DNA from: Rhodobacterales bacterium
GTDB lineage: Bacteria; Pseudomonadota; Alphaproteobacteria; Rhodobacterales; Rhodobacteraceae
Direction of reading: 5' to 3'
Length of the DNA stretch: 24,595 nt
Assembly (NCBI GenBank): GCA_041741655.1
Contig: JBGSJU010000198.1
Coordinates: 1 to 24,595 of the forward strand
In this document: positions 23,944 through 24,595 of the stretch, piece by piece
Position numbering within the stretch: the stretch's first letter is position 1
Layout of the letters: every line of letters begins with the position of its first letter
Notes under the pieces: generated by a model
What the model was told of the DNA's origin: nothing
What the model saw: only the letters and a program-made list of their open reading frames with translations
Database searches by the model: none
Position numbers and translations under genes: made by a program

Positions 23944-24318
23944 TCAACGGCGTCCAAGGCTGGCGCGCAACAGCGCCAGCGAACTGCGATAGATGGCCAG
24001 AGCGCGATCATGCTGCTGCCGCACCTCGACCGCCTTGACCATTTCCGTTTCGATCGCCACGGCATTTCCATTGGCCGACGGCATCGTGCCTGTATTGGAA
24101 ATCCGGCGATCGGGGTGGTCGGATGCCCCGAAATGGCTAGGCCGCGTTCGCCGCATGGCGTGCGTCCCATCCATGAAGTCGGTGAACGCCGCCACATCGC
24201 GGGCGGCGTAACCGGGCGTGTCGGCATTGGCGATGTTTTCGGCGATCACGCCCTGCCGCAAGGCCGCGTGTCGGGCCAGACCGCCTGCGGTCCGGAAGAT
24301 GTCGAGTTGTGCGAACAT
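23944..24318 (-). CDS. flgB: Proximal rod protein FlgB
   Basis: RQGVIAENIANADTPGYAARD and SANGNAVAIETEM. RBS GGGAG before ATG 24318; the ORF-track start at 24486 is over-extended. Confidence 0.95.
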   Translation of the reverse strand: MFAQLDIFRTAGGLARHAALRQGVIAENIANADTPGYAARDVAAFTDFMDGTHAMRRTRPSHFGASDHPDRRISNTGTMPSANGNAVAIETEMVKAVEVRQQHDRALAIYRSSLALLRASLGRR

Positions 24319-24341
24319 CGGGGCTTCTCCCTCGATTGGTT

Positions 24342-24357
24342 TCAACCAAGGCTTAAC
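24342..24357. promoter_or_regulatory. Putative CtrA box in the divergent flgB/fliI promoter region (TCAA-ccaaggc-TTAAC)
   Basis: One mismatch to TTAA-N7-TTAAC; TTAA ends 47 nt before the fliI ATG. A GANTC site (GATTC) lies at 24361-24365. Confidence 0.7.
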
Positions 24358-24403
24358 CCCGATTCCTTTAGAAACGGTTTTCAGAAGATATGAGGAACGT
24401 GCG

Positions 24404-24595
24404 ATGCAACTGATCGATCTGGCCCAGCTTGGCGATGGGATTTCTCGCCTGACCCCGCGGCGCGTGATCGGACGGGTGATGGCCATCGACGGCGGGTTGC
24501 TGCGGGTGCTGGGTCTTGAACGCGACGCCGCGCTGGGCGATCTGCTGACTCTGACGCGGCGCGACGGCAGCAGTCTGGGCGGCGAGGTCGTGCGC
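24404..24595 (+). CDS. fliI: Flagellar export ATPase FliI, N-terminal 64 codons (runs off the window)
   Basis: Not in the ORF track; translated by hand as MQLIDLAQLGDGISRLTPRRVIGRVMAIDGGLLRVLGLERDAALGDLLTLTRRDGSSLGGEVVR. The GRV..I.G....V.GL...A.LGD.......GEVV pattern fits the FliI beta-barrel. RBS GAGG; divergent from flgB. Confidence 0.85.
   Translation, partial: MQLIDLAQLGDGISRLTPRRVIGRVMAIDGGLLRVLGLERDAALGDLLTLTRRDGSSLGGEVVR

Noticed and set aside
23934-24486. Extended FlgC (start 24227) and FlgB (start 24486)
   Set aside because: They overlap flgB and fliI respectively. Downstream ATGs at 23933 and 24318 have good RBSs and give normal lengths.
1-24595. CRISPR arrays, tRNA/rRNA genes, IS elements, prophage or defence genes
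   Set aside because: I saw no regularly spaced repeats, RNA gene signatures, transposase/integrase ORFs or terminal inverted repeats. Nearly all sequence is explained by flagellar genes.

Overview
This window is almost entirely a large flagellar gene cluster of a high-GC alphaproteobacterium. Gene order and motifs match the Rhodobacteraceae/Roseobacter main cluster (equivalent to Cereibacter sphaeroides Fla2); the taxonomic assignment is an inference. Order: a 5'-truncated 3-hydroxyacyl-CoA-dehydrogenase-like ORF, motB, flgE-flgK-flgL-flgI (+); fliP-fliN-fliH-fliF (-); fliL-orf117-motE-motA-orf756 (+); a 539-bp low-GC gap; flhA-fliR-flhB-orf113 (+); fliL2-flgH-flgA-flgG-flgF-fliQ-fliE-flgC-flgB (-); and the 5' end of fliI (+), running off the window. 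I found no rRNA, tRNA, CRISPR array or recognisable mobile element, and no clearly new system: this is mostly a known type of locus. The best leads are (i) a stator-accessory gene block paired with a MotB whose peptidoglycan-binding motif is degenerate, (ii) a possible cryptic FliJ after flhB, (iii) CtrA-type TTAA-N7-TTAA boxes at recurring spacing before most transcription units, (iv) a GC trough around the flhA promoter that extends into coding sequence, and (v) an apparently catalytically degenerate dehydrogenase homolog at the left edge. Several ORF-track starts were shortened using RBS position, gene overlaps and family N-termini. All motif calls and counts were made by eye.
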